A stretch of DNA of 64,000 bases from Verrucomicrobiota bacterium (GTDB lineage: Bacteria > Verrucomicrobiota > Verrucomicrobiia > Limisphaerales > AAA164-E04), in NCBI GenBank assembly GCA_047947115.1, contig CP170459.1:5056001-5120000 (forward strand), read 5' to 3'. Shown here piece after piece: positions 40,986 to 52,545 of the stretch (position 1 is the stretch's first letter; each line of letters begins with the position of its first letter). The position numbers and the translations under genes are program-made. The notes beneath the pieces were generated by a model that was not told the DNA's origin, searched no databases, and saw only the letters and a program-made list of their open reading frames with translations.

Positions 40986-41828
40986 ATGTCATACACCACA
41001 ATGAATAACGCACCTTTTTCACATCGCGAAAACTCAACCATCCTGATCACAGGAGTCGGCTTGATGGGGCAACACATGGCAAGAACCGCCTTCAAATGGC
41101 TTGAGCCAAAACAGATCATTTTGGTGGATCATGCGACAGAAATCATGGTTGGAACTGAAAAAACGGCCTTGGTCGATTTTGCTTCGACACTTCAAAGTCT
41201 CTCCGGGGGAAAAACCGAGGTCGTGGCGGAAAGTCTGAACATCGCAGATGAAGGAGAGGTGGCGGACCTTTTCAAACGACGGCAGGGCATCGACTACCTG
41301 CAGCACACGGCCGGCATCTCTCCCGGTCCGCTCACACCTCCTGAGCAACTGGACAAAGACACGGTAATGAAGGCCTGCGAAGTGAATCTTTGGGGCGCGC
41401 ACAACCTGCTCAAACAAGCGGTCAATGCAAAAGCCTTCACCCAAAAAGCGCGCGGTGTCCTGATCCTTTCCACATCCGCCACCGTGGGTTCGGAAGGACG
41501 CGCAAGCGCGGCCTACGAGGAATCCAAGGGAGGCCTCATGAATTTATTGACCCTCCAGGCACGCCATTTTCTGGAGAAACATTCACTTATACTCAACGGC
41601 TTGGCCCCCTCACCGCTGAGAGGTCCGATGGCGGCACAGAACCCGATCTCGGCGGGGCGTCTGCAAGCCGTCGAAGACAGCATGCCCATCGGCGGCCTCA
41701 CCGCCCCCGAGCACATCACCGCCGCCACCTCTTTTTTCTGGGCGGAACAATGCTGGGCAGTGGGCGAAGTCCTGACCGTGGACGGGGGCTACACCAAGCA
41801 CCGACCGATTTACGGACCCTTGGCTTGA
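40986..41828 (+). CDS. Short-chain dehydrogenase/reductase
   Basis: ILITGVGLMG, HTAG (NNAG equivalent), VNLWG, STS, YEESK (YxxxK), GEVLTVDGG. GAGG precedes ATG 40986. Confidence 0.85.
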   Translation: MSYTTMNNAPFSHRENSTILITGVGLMGQHMARTAFKWLEPKQIILVDHATEIMVGTEKTALVDFASTLQSLSGGKTEVVAESLNIADEGEVADLFKRRQGIDYLQHTAGISPGPLTPPEQLDKDTVMKACEVNLWGAHNLLKQAVNAKAFTQKARGVLILSTSATVGSEGRASAAYEESKGGLMNLLTLQARHFLEKHSLILNGLAPSPLRGPMAAQNPISAGRLQAVEDSMPIGGLTAPEHITAATSFFWAEQCWAVGEVLTVDGGYTKHRPIYGPLA

Positions 41829-41872
41829 TTTTCATTCGCCTATAGGGCTGACGCTGTTTCATGACAACCGTA

Positions 41873-41898
41873 TGACCGAGTTTGTAAAAACGCGGTCA
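41873..41898. other. Stem-loop downstream of the SDR gene
   Basis: tgaccg-a-gttt-GTAA-aaac-g-cggtca: 10 paired bases and a GNRA loop. There is no long U-tract, so its role is uncertain. Confidence 0.35.
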
Positions 41899-41986
41899 CA
41901 GATACGCTTTCCGTTAAGCCTTGTAATGTCTGGAGTTATATGAATATACTCTGGATGTTCAACAGGAGGAACCCCCATTACCAGTC

Positions 41987-42382
41987 ATGAAACAAATTCA
42001 TGATTGGACTGCTCACAACAGCAGACTTCACCATCACAAACAGGTCTTTCGTCGACTTGCAAAAACGCTACCAGCTCTGGTGATGTTACTATGCCTACCG
42101 ATTCTAGTAACCGCACAATCGCCTGCTGAGCTCACTCTCTCCATACATCTCAGGGAAAATGTAGCCGGACCTTACACCATCGCCTGGAACAGTGAGATCG
42201 GCGAAGAATATGATGTTTTGGCCACGGATTCATTGAAGGAAGATTGGCAGCGAATCAATTCATCCCCCATCACGGCGATCGCTGCAATCACCGAGTTCAC
42301 GGATACTGAGCCTTTGGAACGCCGGTTTTATCGCGTCGTTCGGTTGACATCGACACCTCCCACCGGTTCTTCAGGTGAATAG
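41987..42382 (+). CDS. Signal peptide plus beta-rich (FYRV-type) module; in-frame N-terminal part of the next ORF
   Basis: Hydrophobic signal ending VTA/Q, then WNSEIGEEYDVLATDSLKEDWQRI...FTD...RRFYRVVRL. Ends in a TAG that is in frame with 42395..47101. Confidence 0.65.
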   Translation: MKQIHDWTAHNSRLHHHKQVFRRLAKTLPALVMLLCLPILVTAQSPAELTLSIHLRENVAGPYTIAWNSEIGEEYDVLATDSLKEDWQRINSSPITAIAAITEFTDTEPLERRFYRVVRLTSTPPTGSSGE

Positions 42383-42394
42383 ATTTACGGTACC

Positions 42395-45300
42395 ATGCAA
42401 CCGGACAGGGCTCAATTGAAGGTGAACCAACAACTGCAGTTCACCGCCTTTTTTCTCTCAGCAGGTTCAGCGGTGTGGAGCCTTGATTCGACGGATCCGG
42501 ATCTTCCGGGCAGCATCAGTGCCCAGGGACTTTATACAGCACCGGCCAGCCTGCCCGACCCAGGACTGATCCTTGTCCGTGCGCACAATGCAGAAGCTCC
42601 CCATGAACAAGTTTCCGCTTTGGTGGCAGTGCTTCCTGAAGTGGTATTTCAAATCACCCGTGAGCAAGCGATCGATATCCTCATTGAAAACGTCATTGCA
42701 CCACTGCCTGACAAGGAGAAAATGATAGCACTCGGTCTGCAGGAAACGCTTGAGGAAGAGGATCGACTGACCGCGTTTGACCCATCCCCCAACGGTACGG
42801 CTGCTCGCCCAATTGATTCACCCTGCTGGTTTTTCATGTTGGATCATGATCCGGGTGCAAGTTGGGCTCATCCGGTCGACTATGTTTTGATCAACTGCCA
42901 GACAGGAGCCATCGAGCAAACATTACGCCGCTTGTGGTATCCTGAATTGAACGGTCTCGCCTTCTGGAATTCCCTGGAATCAAAAGAAAGCAAGAATGAT
43001 CTGGTCTTTGCCGGACGCGAAATATACTCCAATCTGGAGGAACCGGAAATCGTGGCACCCACCCCTGAAGCGAGTGCTGAAGCTTTCGGTCCCCTGTCAT
43101 CTCACGCCACCCCGCTTGCAGATGAATTCCTCCCTCTCAACCGTGTTTTCCCACGTCCGGTCTCAGCATGTGAATGTGAAACACCGGGTCAATTTTATGC
43201 AGTTGTCGGAGTGACAAGCCCGGAAGAAAGCCGGTTGTTACGCTCAGGAAGGCGATGGAAGGAAATTTTCGAATCCAACCGTTATCACACGAAGTACATT
43301 TCAAATCCGGCCGGCAAAAGCATTCTTTCAGCTCTGGATGAATTGCGCCACGTTGTCAGACCATGCGATGTACTGGTTCTTTACCTGATGGGACATGGTG
43401 TGGCCGGCAGTCTGAGCAAATCACCCAGTGGTTCGATTGCTGAAGTCATGGCCCTGATCCCGACCAACGCCAAATACTTCATCATGGAAACATGTGACGC
43501 AGGTCATGTGTTCGGCATCATGAATCAACAACGGCACGTCCCCGCCATGACCATACTCACCGCCTCGAACAAGGTGGACACCAGTTCAAACATTCAATTT
43601 TCCGGAACCGCCCCTTTGGCCACCATCCATCCATTGGGATTATCAGCATTCAGCAGTGCCCTCATTTCCTGCATGTCCAGGCACGACGACTTGTCACTGA
43701 TCCACCAATGCCTGACCAGTGTCACTGAAATAGGCCCCCTGGGCTTGCGCCTCAAATTTGCCGGCCCCCAACTTGGGACTGTGGGAGATCCTGACACAGA
43801 CAACGACGGAGTGACTGACAAGTATGAGCTGGCCTGCGGCATGGATCCCGAAAATCCGGACACCGACGGCGACGGAGTCTGCGATGGCATTGAATTTGGC
43901 GAGCTGGCAACCTTGGAAGAGAAAAGTCAATGGGGTTTGCGTGAGTTTTTCCTGGCTGAAGGTCTGGGTCGCCCCAAATTTGCCACACACACACAATTGC
44001 CGGCAGCGGTCGCATTCAACTCCTATGAACAACAACTGACCATCAGCAAAGGAATCCCGTTCAATGATCGTCCTGTCGGCGAGGAAAACCCTTTTGGCAA
44101 ATCCGCAGGCAATGGATATCGACTGGTATCCGGAGTCTTGCCCGCAGGAGTGACATTCAACACCGATACGGGCTGGATAAGTGGTAGGGCGACGGAATTT
44201 GGCACGTTCAACATCACCGTCCGCTATACCGATGCCATCGGAGCATTCGTGGAGAGCACTTACAATCTCCGAGTGCAGGCCCGCGGCGAAAGAGATCCGG
44301 AAATCGTAGTCTCAACCGCATTGGACGGCAATGTTCGGGACGATGATCTTTCACTCAGAGAAGCTCTCATGCTGGCAAGTGGTCAAATGACACCGGACCA
44401 GTTGCGCCCCGATCCAGACCCCAACAATGGTATCGGGGAAGGTGAAACACGCTGGGTTCGATTTGGCATTCCGTCTGCCGACTCTTCTGACCGCATCATA
44501 TTCCAGGCTCCCACCGATTCCTACACCATCACTCAAGGATCACTTGACGTGGCAGGGCAAAACGACATCATTGAATTCTCCCCCAGGGACAGTTTCTCCA
44601 TCAACCAGGGACCCTTGTTCAAAATCACGGGGAATGGAAATCAGTTCACAAATGCTGGCAAACTTCTGACATCCGCTGCGGGGCCGGTTGTGATGATTGA
44701 AGGCAACGACAATGTAATCGGAGGAGTACGAAACCACACCCAAACCGCATCATTCACCATCACGGGGAATTCCGCAAGCGACGGCGTACACATCTCAGGC
44801 AATGGCAACCGGATCGCCGGCACCATCGTGAGGGAAGCTCAAACAGGCATCCGCATCAGCAACGGATCGGGCAACCAAATCCGTCGGTGCCGCCTTATTT
44901 TGAATCAGGACGGACTTCGCCTGGATCAGGGCGCTCATCACAATGATATCAGGGATTGCATCAGTGGCTTTTTATTTGAAGAAGTCGCCCCTCCAAAGCC
45001 CCATCCCAACACACGAAACGGGATCGTGATTGCCGACGGAGCCCACGACAACACCATTATTGACAGCGGGGTGGGAGCCAATGGCGGAGCCGGATTGATG
45101 GTAACAGATAAGGGCACCGATCGAAATCAAATCATCAACAACCGTATTGGCACAGACCAGGGATTCGGAAGATCCGCAGGCCCGGTCGGCCCAAACCAGC
45201 AACATGGCTGCGTCATTCAATCTCAAGCCTCAAACAATCACGTGACGGGTGGGAGCATCTCCGAGAACACGGGTCATGGTATCCTCATCACCGGCAACGA

Positions 45301-47101
45301 AACATCGAAAAATGAAATCGGCGAAGGAGATACTCGGGGTGTGGAGATCAATAAACCGGATGAAACGGGTGATGCCGTTCGAATTGAAAACGGCGCAAGT
45401 GAAAACAGTATTTCCGTAAACATCGACCTGGCGGGTGCAAATGGCATCAGCATATTGGGAACAGGAACCCGTCACAACCGCGTCGGAATGCGCCGTTTCA
45501 ACCAACTCTCCATTCCAACTCAGATCAACAATGTCAAGGGAATCGGCGTCTTGATTGCGGAGGGCGCAAGCGACAACATCGTGGAAGGAGCACGCATTAG
45601 AACCTCTGAAACGGGCCTCGTCATCCGTGGACGCAATACCGATCGCAATCAAGTACAAGGCGTCTCCCTGACCAGAAATCGAGGCGATGGAATCCAGCTC
45701 ATAGATGGGTGCCAGCATAACCGAATAGAGGCGGAAGGTTTCATCGAAGAAAACGGGGCCAATGGCATTCTGATTGCGGGGCAACAGACAAGTTTCAATT
45801 TAATAGAGGACACCACTTTCAATTCAATCACTCCGAACACACTGCAAGCAATCAGGCTGGACGATCAAACAAACAACAACCGCGTCGAATCCTGCGACAT
45901 CAGACGACATGAAGCCGGAGGCATTCTGATCACGGGCGGTGCGCACTCCAATCAAACCGTCAGCACTTCCATTCGCGGAGGCTTATTTCAGGAAGACGTC
46001 GCCAAGAGCACAACCGGAATCACGATAAACGGAGGCGCACTGAAAAATCTCGTGCTGAAATGCTCGATCTCGAGCAATGGACAACATGGTGTCTTGATTG
46101 AAGGACAGGAAACCCGGCGGAATTTTCTCTATGACAACAACATTCAGAGCAACCTGCAAACCGGGATCCGAATTGAAAACGCCGTAGACAACCGGATTGG
46201 ATCTGCCGCCCGGGGAGGCAACGACATCCAGCGCAGTCCAGGAATCGGCATCCACATCACCGGAGATTCAGCGTCTTTGAACAAAGTGCGCGCGAACATC
46301 ATCGGAGCTACTTTCAGCACCTTTTTCGTGAATGAACACCACGGCATTGTGATCGACCATGGAGCCCATGACAACCGCATCGGAGGTGTCCGGCCACGCT
46401 TCCCAGACCCAGCCACGCCACAAATACTGTTGCCTCCCACAGAAGATCAACTTGCCCACGGAAACCTGATAACAGGGAACGGAGGACACGGGATCGTCAT
46501 TGATGGCGCAAATAACAATCTGGTGCTTGGAAACCTGATCGGCTTTTCAAACCCCAACCGCCCCGTCAAGGGCAATGGTGGCCATGGCATCGCCATTCTG
46601 AACGGAGCCCAAGGAAATCGCATTGGAAATGGTGTGGCCCCAAATTTGCTGAATCCGGGTTATTCCAATCAAATCGTCGGGAACACCAAAGCCGGCATCT
46701 GGCTCAGCGGCGCCGGGACAAAGGCCAACACCATTCGTCGCAATGAAATCTACGACAACGGCGAAGGTCACATCGTTCTGGAACAGGACGCGAACAACAA
46801 CCTCGAATCCCCTGGCGTCTTTGTCGAAGTGGTCGAGCAGCGCATCCAGGGAAGCACATCAAAAAGAGGATACATTGAATTGTTTTCAGATGCTCGGGGA
46901 TTCAATGGTATATTCCATCTCACCGCACTGGTTGGTGGAGGCGATTTCACCATTAACCAGTCAAATCCAGGTCAATCTTTCAACGCCGTCATCATCGAAT
47001 CTGTACGCCCGATTCGCTTTGGCGATCAATATATCTCTTACACAGAATACCAATCAGGAAACACATCCAGTTACAGGCACCTGGACCTGACTTCTCCGTG
47101 A
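42395..47101 (+). CDS. Large multidomain extracellular protein: Ig-like, caspase-fold (clan CD) peptidase-like, Ca-binding repeats, He_PIG, CSLREA and parallel beta-helix
   Basis: GSISAQGLYTAP (Ig), LVLYLMGHG...FIMETCDAG, DTDNDGVTD/DTDGDGVCD, SGVLPAGVTFNTDTGWISG (He_PIG), VSTALD...LSLREALMLA, and many NxI/GIxI beta-helix repeats. Confidence 0.8.
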   Translation: MQPDRAQLKVNQQLQFTAFFLSAGSAVWSLDSTDPDLPGSISAQGLYTAPASLPDPGLILVRAHNAEAPHEQVSALVAVLPEVVFQITREQAIDILIENVIAPLPDKEKMIALGLQETLEEEDRLTAFDPSPNGTAARPIDSPCWFFMLDHDPGASWAHPVDYVLINCQTGAIEQTLRRLWYPELNGLAFWNSLESKESKNDLVFAGREIYSNLEEPEIVAPTPEASAEAFGPLSSHATPLADEFLPLNRVFPRPVSACECETPGQFYAVVGVTSPEESRLLRSGRRWKEIFESNRYHTKYISNPAGKSILSALDELRHVVRPCDVLVLYLMGHGVAGSLSKSPSGSIAEVMALIPTNAKYFIMETCDAGHVFGIMNQQRHVPAMTILTASNKVDTSSNIQFSGTAPLATIHPLGLSAFSSALISCMSRHDDLSLIHQCLTSVTEIGPLGLRLKFAGPQLGTVGDPDTDNDGVTDKYELACGMDPENPDTDGDGVCDGIEFGELATLEEKSQWGLREFFLAEGLGRPKFATHTQLPAAVAFNSYEQQLTISKGIPFNDRPVGEENPFGKSAGNGYRLVSGVLPAGVTFNTDTGWISGRATEFGTFNITVRYTDAIGAFVESTYNLRVQARGERDPEIVVSTALDGNVRDDDLSLREALMLASGQMTPDQLRPDPDPNNGIGEGETRWVRFGIPSADSSDRIIFQAPTDSYTITQGSLDVAGQNDIIEFSPRDSFSINQGPLFKITGNGNQFTNAGKLLTSAAGPVVMIEGNDNVIGGVRNHTQTASFTITGNSASDGVHISGNGNRIAGTIVREAQTGIRISNGSGNQIRRCRLILNQDGLRLDQGAHHNDIRDCISGFLFEEVAPPKPHPNTRNGIVIADGAHDNTIIDSGVGANGGAGLMVTDKGTDRNQIINNRIGTDQGFGRSAGPVGPNQQHGCVIQSQASNNHVTGGSISENTGHGILITGNETSKNEIGEGDTRGVEINKPDETGDAVRIENGASENSISVNIDLAGANGISILGTGTRHNRVGMRRFNQLSIPTQINNVKGIGVLIAEGASDNIVEGARIRTSETGLVIRGRNTDRNQVQGVSLTRNRGDGIQLIDGCQHNRIEAEGFIEENGANGILIAGQQTSFNLIEDTTFNSITPNTLQAIRLDDQTNNNRVESCDIRRHEAGGILITGGAHSNQTVSTSIRGGLFQEDVAKSTTGITINGGALKNLVLKCSISSNGQHGVLIEGQETRRNFLYDNNIQSNLQTGIRIENAVDNRIGSAARGGNDIQRSPGIGIHITGDSASLNKVRANIIGATFSTFFVNEHHGIVIDHGAHDNRIGGVRPRFPDPATPQILLPPTEDQLAHGNLITGNGGHGIVIDGANNNLVLGNLIGFSNPNRPVKGNGGHGIAILNGAQGNRIGNGVAPNLLNPGYSNQIVGNTKAGIWLSGAGTKANTIRRNEIYDNGEGHIVLEQDANNNLESPGVFVEVVEQRIQGSTSKRGYIELFSDARGFNGIFHLTALVGGGDFTINQSNPGQSFNAVIIESVRPIRFGDQYISYTEYQSGNTSSYRHLDLTSP

Positions 47102-47383
47102 TGATTTCCAGGTCTGGAATGAACAGTGCGAAGCCGCAAACAATGTGTTGAGAATCCAGACATGGCGTCAGGAAGCAGAGGGTGGAGTTCAGATCATATG
47201 TAATCATCGTAAAAACCGGACTTGAGCCAATATGGAATTTGAATCAATATCGGACCCGACCAATGCCATTGAACAGATTTGAACCAAACCCATATGGAAA
47301 CAAGCTGCCATGGAATAAATACAGACTTTGCTTCGAACAGTAGTTCCAACAGAGGCTGGCCCTCTATCCTGAGGGCTGCAACC

Positions 47384-49300
47384 ATGCGGCATGCCATTTC
47401 TGTGAAGATAACACGGCTGCTCTTTGTGCTCCTGTGTTCCATCGCGCCAGTCCATGCAGCCGACATTCAAAACATCAGCGAAGAAGCCCTCCGGGCGGAC
47501 GCCAAGAAGACGTTTAAGGAGAAAGTCGGTCCATTCGTTGAACAATACTGCAAAAGATGCCACGGCGGCGGCCGCGCCAAGGCGAACGTCAACCTCGAAG
47601 TGGACTTGAAGGAACCTGGCCGAGGCGTTGCGTTTCAGCATTGGAAGAAAGCCGTTGCCAACGTCAAGGTGCATGACATGCCACCAGAGGACGCGGCCAA
47701 ACAGCCCAGCGACGAAGAGCGACTTCAATTCATCGAGTGGATCGGTCTTCTCAAATACCTGAGCCCGAAAAATCCCGGTTCATTCGTCATGAGGCGCCTG
47801 ACACCTGTGGAGTATGGCAACACACTACGCTACCTTTACGGTGTGGACCCATCCATCGCCGGACAGCTTCCGGAGGAAGTTGTCGGAGAGGGGTATCTCA
47901 ACTCGATCTCTTCAATGCAATCGGAAATATTCCTTGAATTGGCCAACAAAGTTGTCGAGCAGATTGTGGCGCCGGAAGGCAAACCGCCAACAGCTGTGCA
48001 AAAAAGGTTATTCGGCGAGGCGCCCACCGAAGGAAGCGACCCTGGGGAAGTCGTGCGTCAGGTTGCGGGTTCTCTGGCCAGAGATGCCTACCGCCGCCCG
48101 CCCACCGAAGCAGAACTGGATGTCCTCGTGGACGTTTTCAACCTCGCCCGCGAGGACGGGTTGAACTACAACGCGTCGCTGGCCATGATGCTCAAAGCTG
48201 TCCTCGTCTCTCCGCAGTTCCTTTTTATCACACCTTCAACCGAGGTGCCATCGGATGAAGCGATCGTTCGTTTGGACGACCACCAGCTTGCCTCGCGACT
48301 GTCTTATCTGCTTTGGGCAGCGCCGCCCGACTCCGAGTTGTCCGCTCTCGCCGACAAGGGTGAACTGCACAAACCCGAAACGCTGCGAGACCAGACGGAG
48401 CGACTCCTGCTGCATCCTCGAGCGCGGGCTCTGTTCGACGGATTCGGCGCCCAGTGGCTGCGTGTGAACGACCTGGAACGTCAGGTATTCGATCCAGACT
48501 TGTTTCCCCATATGAGAACTGCCATGAGGGAAGCGATGATGAATGAAGTTCGCCTGTTTTTCGAAAGCATCGTCCGGGAAAACCAACGGATCATTCGGTT
48601 TGTGGACAGCGATTACACTTTTCTGAATGAACCGCTCGCGGAGTTGTATGGACTTCAGTCATCGTACATCAAAGGCCCCAACATGCTGAGGGTAAAACTT
48701 GAGAATCCCAACCGTGGAGGCATCCTCGGTATGTCGGCCACGCTGGCGGCCACCTCATTTCCGAACCGGACAAGCCCTGTTCGTCGAGGCGTATGGGTGC
48801 TTGAGCAAATCCTGGGCGAACGCGTCCCACCTCCCCCGCCCGATGTTCCCGAATTGGACGAACAAGAGCAGCAGAGCATAGAAGGATTGACGCTTCGACA
48901 AAGGACCGAACTCCACACCTCCGATCCTGTTTGTGCCAATTGCCACCGGGTGCTGGATCCGATCGGCTTTGGTTTGGAGAACTTCGACGCCATCGGACGC
49001 TGGCGTGAGAAGAACAATACCGGGGCAATAATAGACTCGGAAGGAAACCTTCCAACCGGAGAAACCTTCTCCACTCCGGCACAATTAAAACGTCTTCTTG
49101 CAAAGCGAGAGGCCGACCTGGCACGAAACCTGACCGAACGACTCATGGCCTACGCCCTCGGTCGACAATTGGAGGGATACGATGAGGTCGTCATCGACCA
49201 ACTCATGTCACGCATCGCCGAAGAAGGCTACCGTGTAAGGACGATGATCACCGAAGTCATCGCCAGCTATTTATTTACCCACCGCCAAGTCGAAGAATGA
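47384..49300 (+). CDS. DUF1592/DUF1588/DUF1585/DUF1595/DUF1587 planctomycete-type cytochrome c protein
   Basis: Signal peptide, [76 protein letters not shown]. Confidence 0.92.
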   Translation: MRHAISVKITRLLFVLLCSIAPVHAADIQNISEEALRADAKKTFKEKVGPFVEQYCKRCHGGGRAKANVNLEVDLKEPGRGVAFQHWKKAVANVKVHDMPPEDAAKQPSDEERLQFIEWIGLLKYLSPKNPGSFVMRRLTPVEYGNTLRYLYGVDPSIAGQLPEEVVGEGYLNSISSMQSEIFLELANKVVEQIVAPEGKPPTAVQKRLFGEAPTEGSDPGEVVRQVAGSLARDAYRRPPTEAELDVLVDVFNLAREDGLNYNASLAMMLKAVLVSPQFLFITPSTEVPSDEAIVRLDDHQLASRLSYLLWAAPPDSELSALADKGELHKPETLRDQTERLLLHPRARALFDGFGAQWLRVNDLERQVFDPDLFPHMRTAMREAMMNEVRLFFESIVRENQRIIRFVDSDYTFLNEPLAELYGLQSSYIKGPNMLRVKLENPNRGGILGMSATLAATSFPNRTSPVRRGVWVLEQILGERVPPPPPDVPELDEQEQQSIEGLTLRQRTELHTSDPVCANCHRVLDPIGFGLENFDAIGRWREKNNTGAIIDSEGNLPTGETFSTPAQLKRLLAKREADLARNLTERLMAYALGRQLEGYDEVVIDQLMSRIAEEGYRVRTMITEVIASYLFTHRQVEE

Positions 49301-50703
49301 ACACCACTCACAGCAAGCAAAGCAGAGTCATGAAAACACATCATCACACATCTATGGTGGATCGTCGCAAATTCCTTAAAGGAGTGGGAGTATCCCTCGC
49401 GCTGCCTTTTATGGATTCGTTGGCCTCCGCCTCCACGCCTGCCAAACCACCCGTGCGCCTCGCGTTTATGTATATGCCGCACGGGGTCATCATGGATCAG
49501 TTCTGGCCCAAGAGTCAGGAAGAATTTCTGAACTCACCACCCCCCATTATCCAGTCACTGAAACCGATCATGGACCAGTGCCTCATGATGAAAGGTATTT
49601 CCGGGGTACCGATCACGCCCTTCAACGGTGCCCCGCACGCGCTGGAGTTATCCACTTGGCTCACCGGACGCCTGCCTGACGCCGATTCGCGTGACCGCAT
49701 CAACATTTCTATTTCCGCCGACCAGATCATGGCCAACTATGTGGGAGCCCAAACGTTGCTCCCTTCGCTTGAACTGGCCACCATGCCGCAGACATGGAAG
49801 GAGAATCAGGAAGGCCTGCATGAGGGATATTACAACTACTGCAGTTTCCGTTCACCCACGCGACCCGTGCCGGCGGAAACCGATCCCCGCAATGTGTTGA
49901 ACCGTCTGTTCGGCAAACAAGGCAGGGAAGGAACGGTTTCCCAGACCAACCCACTGGACCGCAAGATGCTCGACCGAGTGCTGGGCGGCGCTCGCGATCT
50001 ACGCCGCACCCTGGCCAGAGGAGACCAGCAGAAACTCGACGAATACCTGGACAGTGTGCGATCGGTGGAACGCCGCATCGCCGCCATCGAAACGCGCCAG
50101 CAAGAAGCAGCATTCGAGAAAAACGGAGTCAGCCCTGCCAAGCGCCACGCCACCGATTCGGCGCCCATTGAGGTAAAGATTCCCGAGGGCGACAAGCGCA
50201 GCGAGTACATGAAGGTCATGTGCGATCTCACGATCCTCGCCTTTCAGACCGACACCACTCGCGTCAGCACCTACATTGGCTCTCGTCCCAACGGCGCATC
50301 CTATCCCGAACTGGGCTTCTCCAATCAACACCATTCACAAACACATTATGGCACCGATCAGGAAAAGATCAGCAAGGTGGCGGCCATCAACAAATTCAAC
50401 GTTGACCAATATGCCTACATGGTTACGAAGATGCACACACTCAAGGAAGGCAACGGCACGCTTCTCGACAATTGCATCATGATGTGGGGTTCCGGGCTGG
50501 AAGACGGCCACAACCATCGTCGGGAAAACCTGCCATTCATCATCGCCGGAAAAGGCGGAGGTTCGATCAACACCGGACGTTTTCTTCCGGACGTAAAAGG
50601 CAATCAGGGTGATTTGCTCACCACATTGCTAACGTGTGTCGGAATACCTTTGGATCGTCCCATTGGCATTGCGACCAAACAAATCACTGAAATGAAGGCA
50701 TGA
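49297..50703 (+). CDS. DUF1552-family Tat-exported protein
   Basis: Tat motif [66 protein letters not shown] overlap with its partner. Confidence 0.92.
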   Translation: MNTTHSKQSRVMKTHHHTSMVDRRKFLKGVGVSLALPFMDSLASASTPAKPPVRLAFMYMPHGVIMDQFWPKSQEEFLNSPPPIIQSLKPIMDQCLMMKGISGVPITPFNGAPHALELSTWLTGRLPDADSRDRINISISADQIMANYVGAQTLLPSLELATMPQTWKENQEGLHEGYYNYCSFRSPTRPVPAETDPRNVLNRLFGKQGREGTVSQTNPLDRKMLDRVLGGARDLRRTLARGDQQKLDEYLDSVRSVERRIAAIETRQQEAAFEKNGVSPAKRHATDSAPIEVKIPEGDKRSEYMKVMCDLTILAFQTDTTRVSTYIGSRPNGASYPELGFSNQHHSQTHYGTDQEKISKVAAINKFNVDQYAYMVTKMHTLKEGNGTLLDNCIMMWGSGLEDGHNHRRENLPFIIAGKGGGSINTGRFLPDVKGNQGDLLTTLLTCVGIPLDRPIGIATKQITEMKA

Positions 50704-50760
50704 CCAAATACACAAAGATTCATAGGCTTCACAACCGTCATCCTGATGGACCCCATTGAT

Positions 50761-52545
50761 TCACGGCGCCTGAATAAAAAGTTGCTGCAATGCTTCCGGA
50801 CCGATGAGTTCATCCGGACACCATGAAACGAGTGCTGTGCGTTTGGACAGATGTTCGGCAACTTCTTTGATGTATTTGATTTCGTTACGGCCACGAAGTT
50901 GTATCAGGGTATGGGTCGAGTCACATTTTGAAAAACTCTGGTTGATCACCCATGCGAATGGGTCGATTTGGGCCCGTCTCAAGTCATCCTGCAACATGGC
51001 TGCTTCATGCACGGGAGTCGCTTCAGGTAAAGTAACCACGATGACGTGTGTATATCGTGGGTCACGGAGGCGAGGCAGCAAATCCCTTACTTCGCCAGGC
51101 ATGTCACTTGCCTTTTTGGCGACTTCCCGATGATACGATTCTGTGGCGTCGAGCAGTAGCAATGTATGACCGGTAGGTGCCGTGTCGAGGACGACAAACC
51201 CAGTTTCTCCCCGTGCGACGGTGCGGGCGAAAGCTCGAAATACGGCAATTTCTTCCGTGCAGGGAGAACGAAGATCCTCTTGCAACAACGAAAGCGCGTT
51301 TCCGTCCAGGTTCCTTCCTGCCGTTGAGAGCACATAGTCCACATAGGATTGAGTTTCTTTCCGAGGATCAATACGACTGACAGTCAGGCCTTTGAATTCA
51401 CCGGCAGCATCTTCAATATGCGCCGCCGGATCGGTGGTGCTCAAATGAACCTGATGTCCTCGCCTCGCGAGTTCGATGGCAACCGAAGCTGCAATGGTTG
51501 TTTTCCCCACCCCACCTTTCCCCATCGTCATCACGACGCCACGGCCTGATGCTTCAAGTTCGTCAACCACTTCGGTCAAGGATTGAGTCAAGGGCAAGGT
51601 CATTTCCATGTCGTTTTGAAAAGACATGCTTTCGCTTGGGCTTGCTTGAGATAAGGCGCGCAGAGCCGCAATGCCCAGCAGGTTGTGGGGCTGAAGCGGC
51701 ACTTTGGTGATTGCCATGCCGGATAAAAAGACTTTGGCTCCCTCCAAGGCATGCTTGCCACGTTCAAGCAATGCTTTTGCCAGTGGATCGTCACCAGCTT
51801 CCTCGAATAGGCCATTCAGTACGAGGCTTTGATTCCGGATGCCGATTTGCGCAAGTTCTTTGCTTGTCCGTTCGGCTTCTGAAAGCGCTGCCTTTTGAGC
51901 CCGACTGACCAGGATAAGGGTCGTTCGTTCCCCGTCCGAGAGGGAATGCAGAGCATTTTCATAAATACTGCGCTGCTTCTCCAATCCAGCCAAAGGCCCA
52001 AGACATGAATTCCCTGTGGTCGAATCATTCAGGAATCCAGTCCATGCTCCTGGCAGGGTTAAAAGCCTAAATGTATGTCCGGTCGGAGCGGTGTCGAATA
52101 CAACATGATCATATCCCTCCGTGGCCTTGGGATCTCCAAGAATGCGCGAGAATTCATCGAAGGCGGCAATTTCCATGGTGCATGCCCCGGAAAACTGCTC
52201 TTCCATACTTTTGATGACAGACTCGGGCAGTTTGCCCCGGTAAGGGCCAACCATGCGCTCGCGATAGGCGGCAGCCGCTGCGGCCGGATCTACATTCAAG
52301 GCATCCAATCCCGTCACTTCGGGCACAGCTGATGGACTGGATGCAAGTGTTACACCCAGCACTTCGTCCAAATTCGAAGCAGGGTCCGTGCTGACTAACA
52401 GCACCCTTTTTCCAAGGTCGGCAAGCTGGATGGCACAAGCGCAAGCGATGGACGTTTTTCCCACGCCACCTTTCCCTGTAAAGAACAAAAAAGGGCTCGG
52501 TTTTTGAAGTGATTGAAGGAGCGAATGATTGACTGATGCACTCAT
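50761..52545 (-). CDS. arsA: Arsenical pump-driving ATPase
   Basis: Two P-loops GKGGVGKT, two DTAPTGHT motifs, and metalloid-binding Cys in SGACT, SCLGP and SPCTEE. Confidence 0.97.
   Translation of the reverse strand: MSASVNHSLLQSLQKPSPFLFFTGKGGVGKTSIACACAIQLADLGKRVLLVSTDPASNLDEVLGVTLASSPSAVPEVTGLDALNVDPAAAAAAYRERMVGPYRGKLPESVIKSMEEQFSGACTMEIAAFDEFSRILGDPKATEGYDHVVFDTAPTGHTFRLLTLPGAWTGFLNDSTTGNSCLGPLAGLEKQRSIYENALHSLSDGERTTLILVSRAQKAALSEAERTSKELAQIGIRNQSLVLNGLFEEAGDDPLAKALLERGKHALEGAKVFLSGMAITKVPLQPHNLLGIAALRALSQASPSESMSFQNDMEMTLPLTQSLTEVVDELEASGRGVVMTMGKGGVGKTTIAASVAIELARRGHQVHLSTTDPAAHIEDAAGEFKGLTVSRIDPRKETQSYVDYVLSTAGRNLDGNALSLLQEDLRSPCTEEIAVFRAFARTVARGETGFVVLDTAPTGHTLLLLDATESYHREVAKKASDMPGEVRDLLPRLRDPRYTHVIVVTLPEATPVHEAAMLQDDLRRAQIDPFAWVINQSFSKCDSTHTLIQLRGRNEIKYIKEVAEHLSKRTALVSWCPDELIGPEALQQLFIQAP

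Noticed and set aside
44600..46800. Repetitive sequence in the large ORF as a possible array or diversity-generating element
   Set aside because: The repeats are degenerate at DNA level and explained by beta-helix protein repeats. No reverse transcriptase or template/variable repeat pair was seen.
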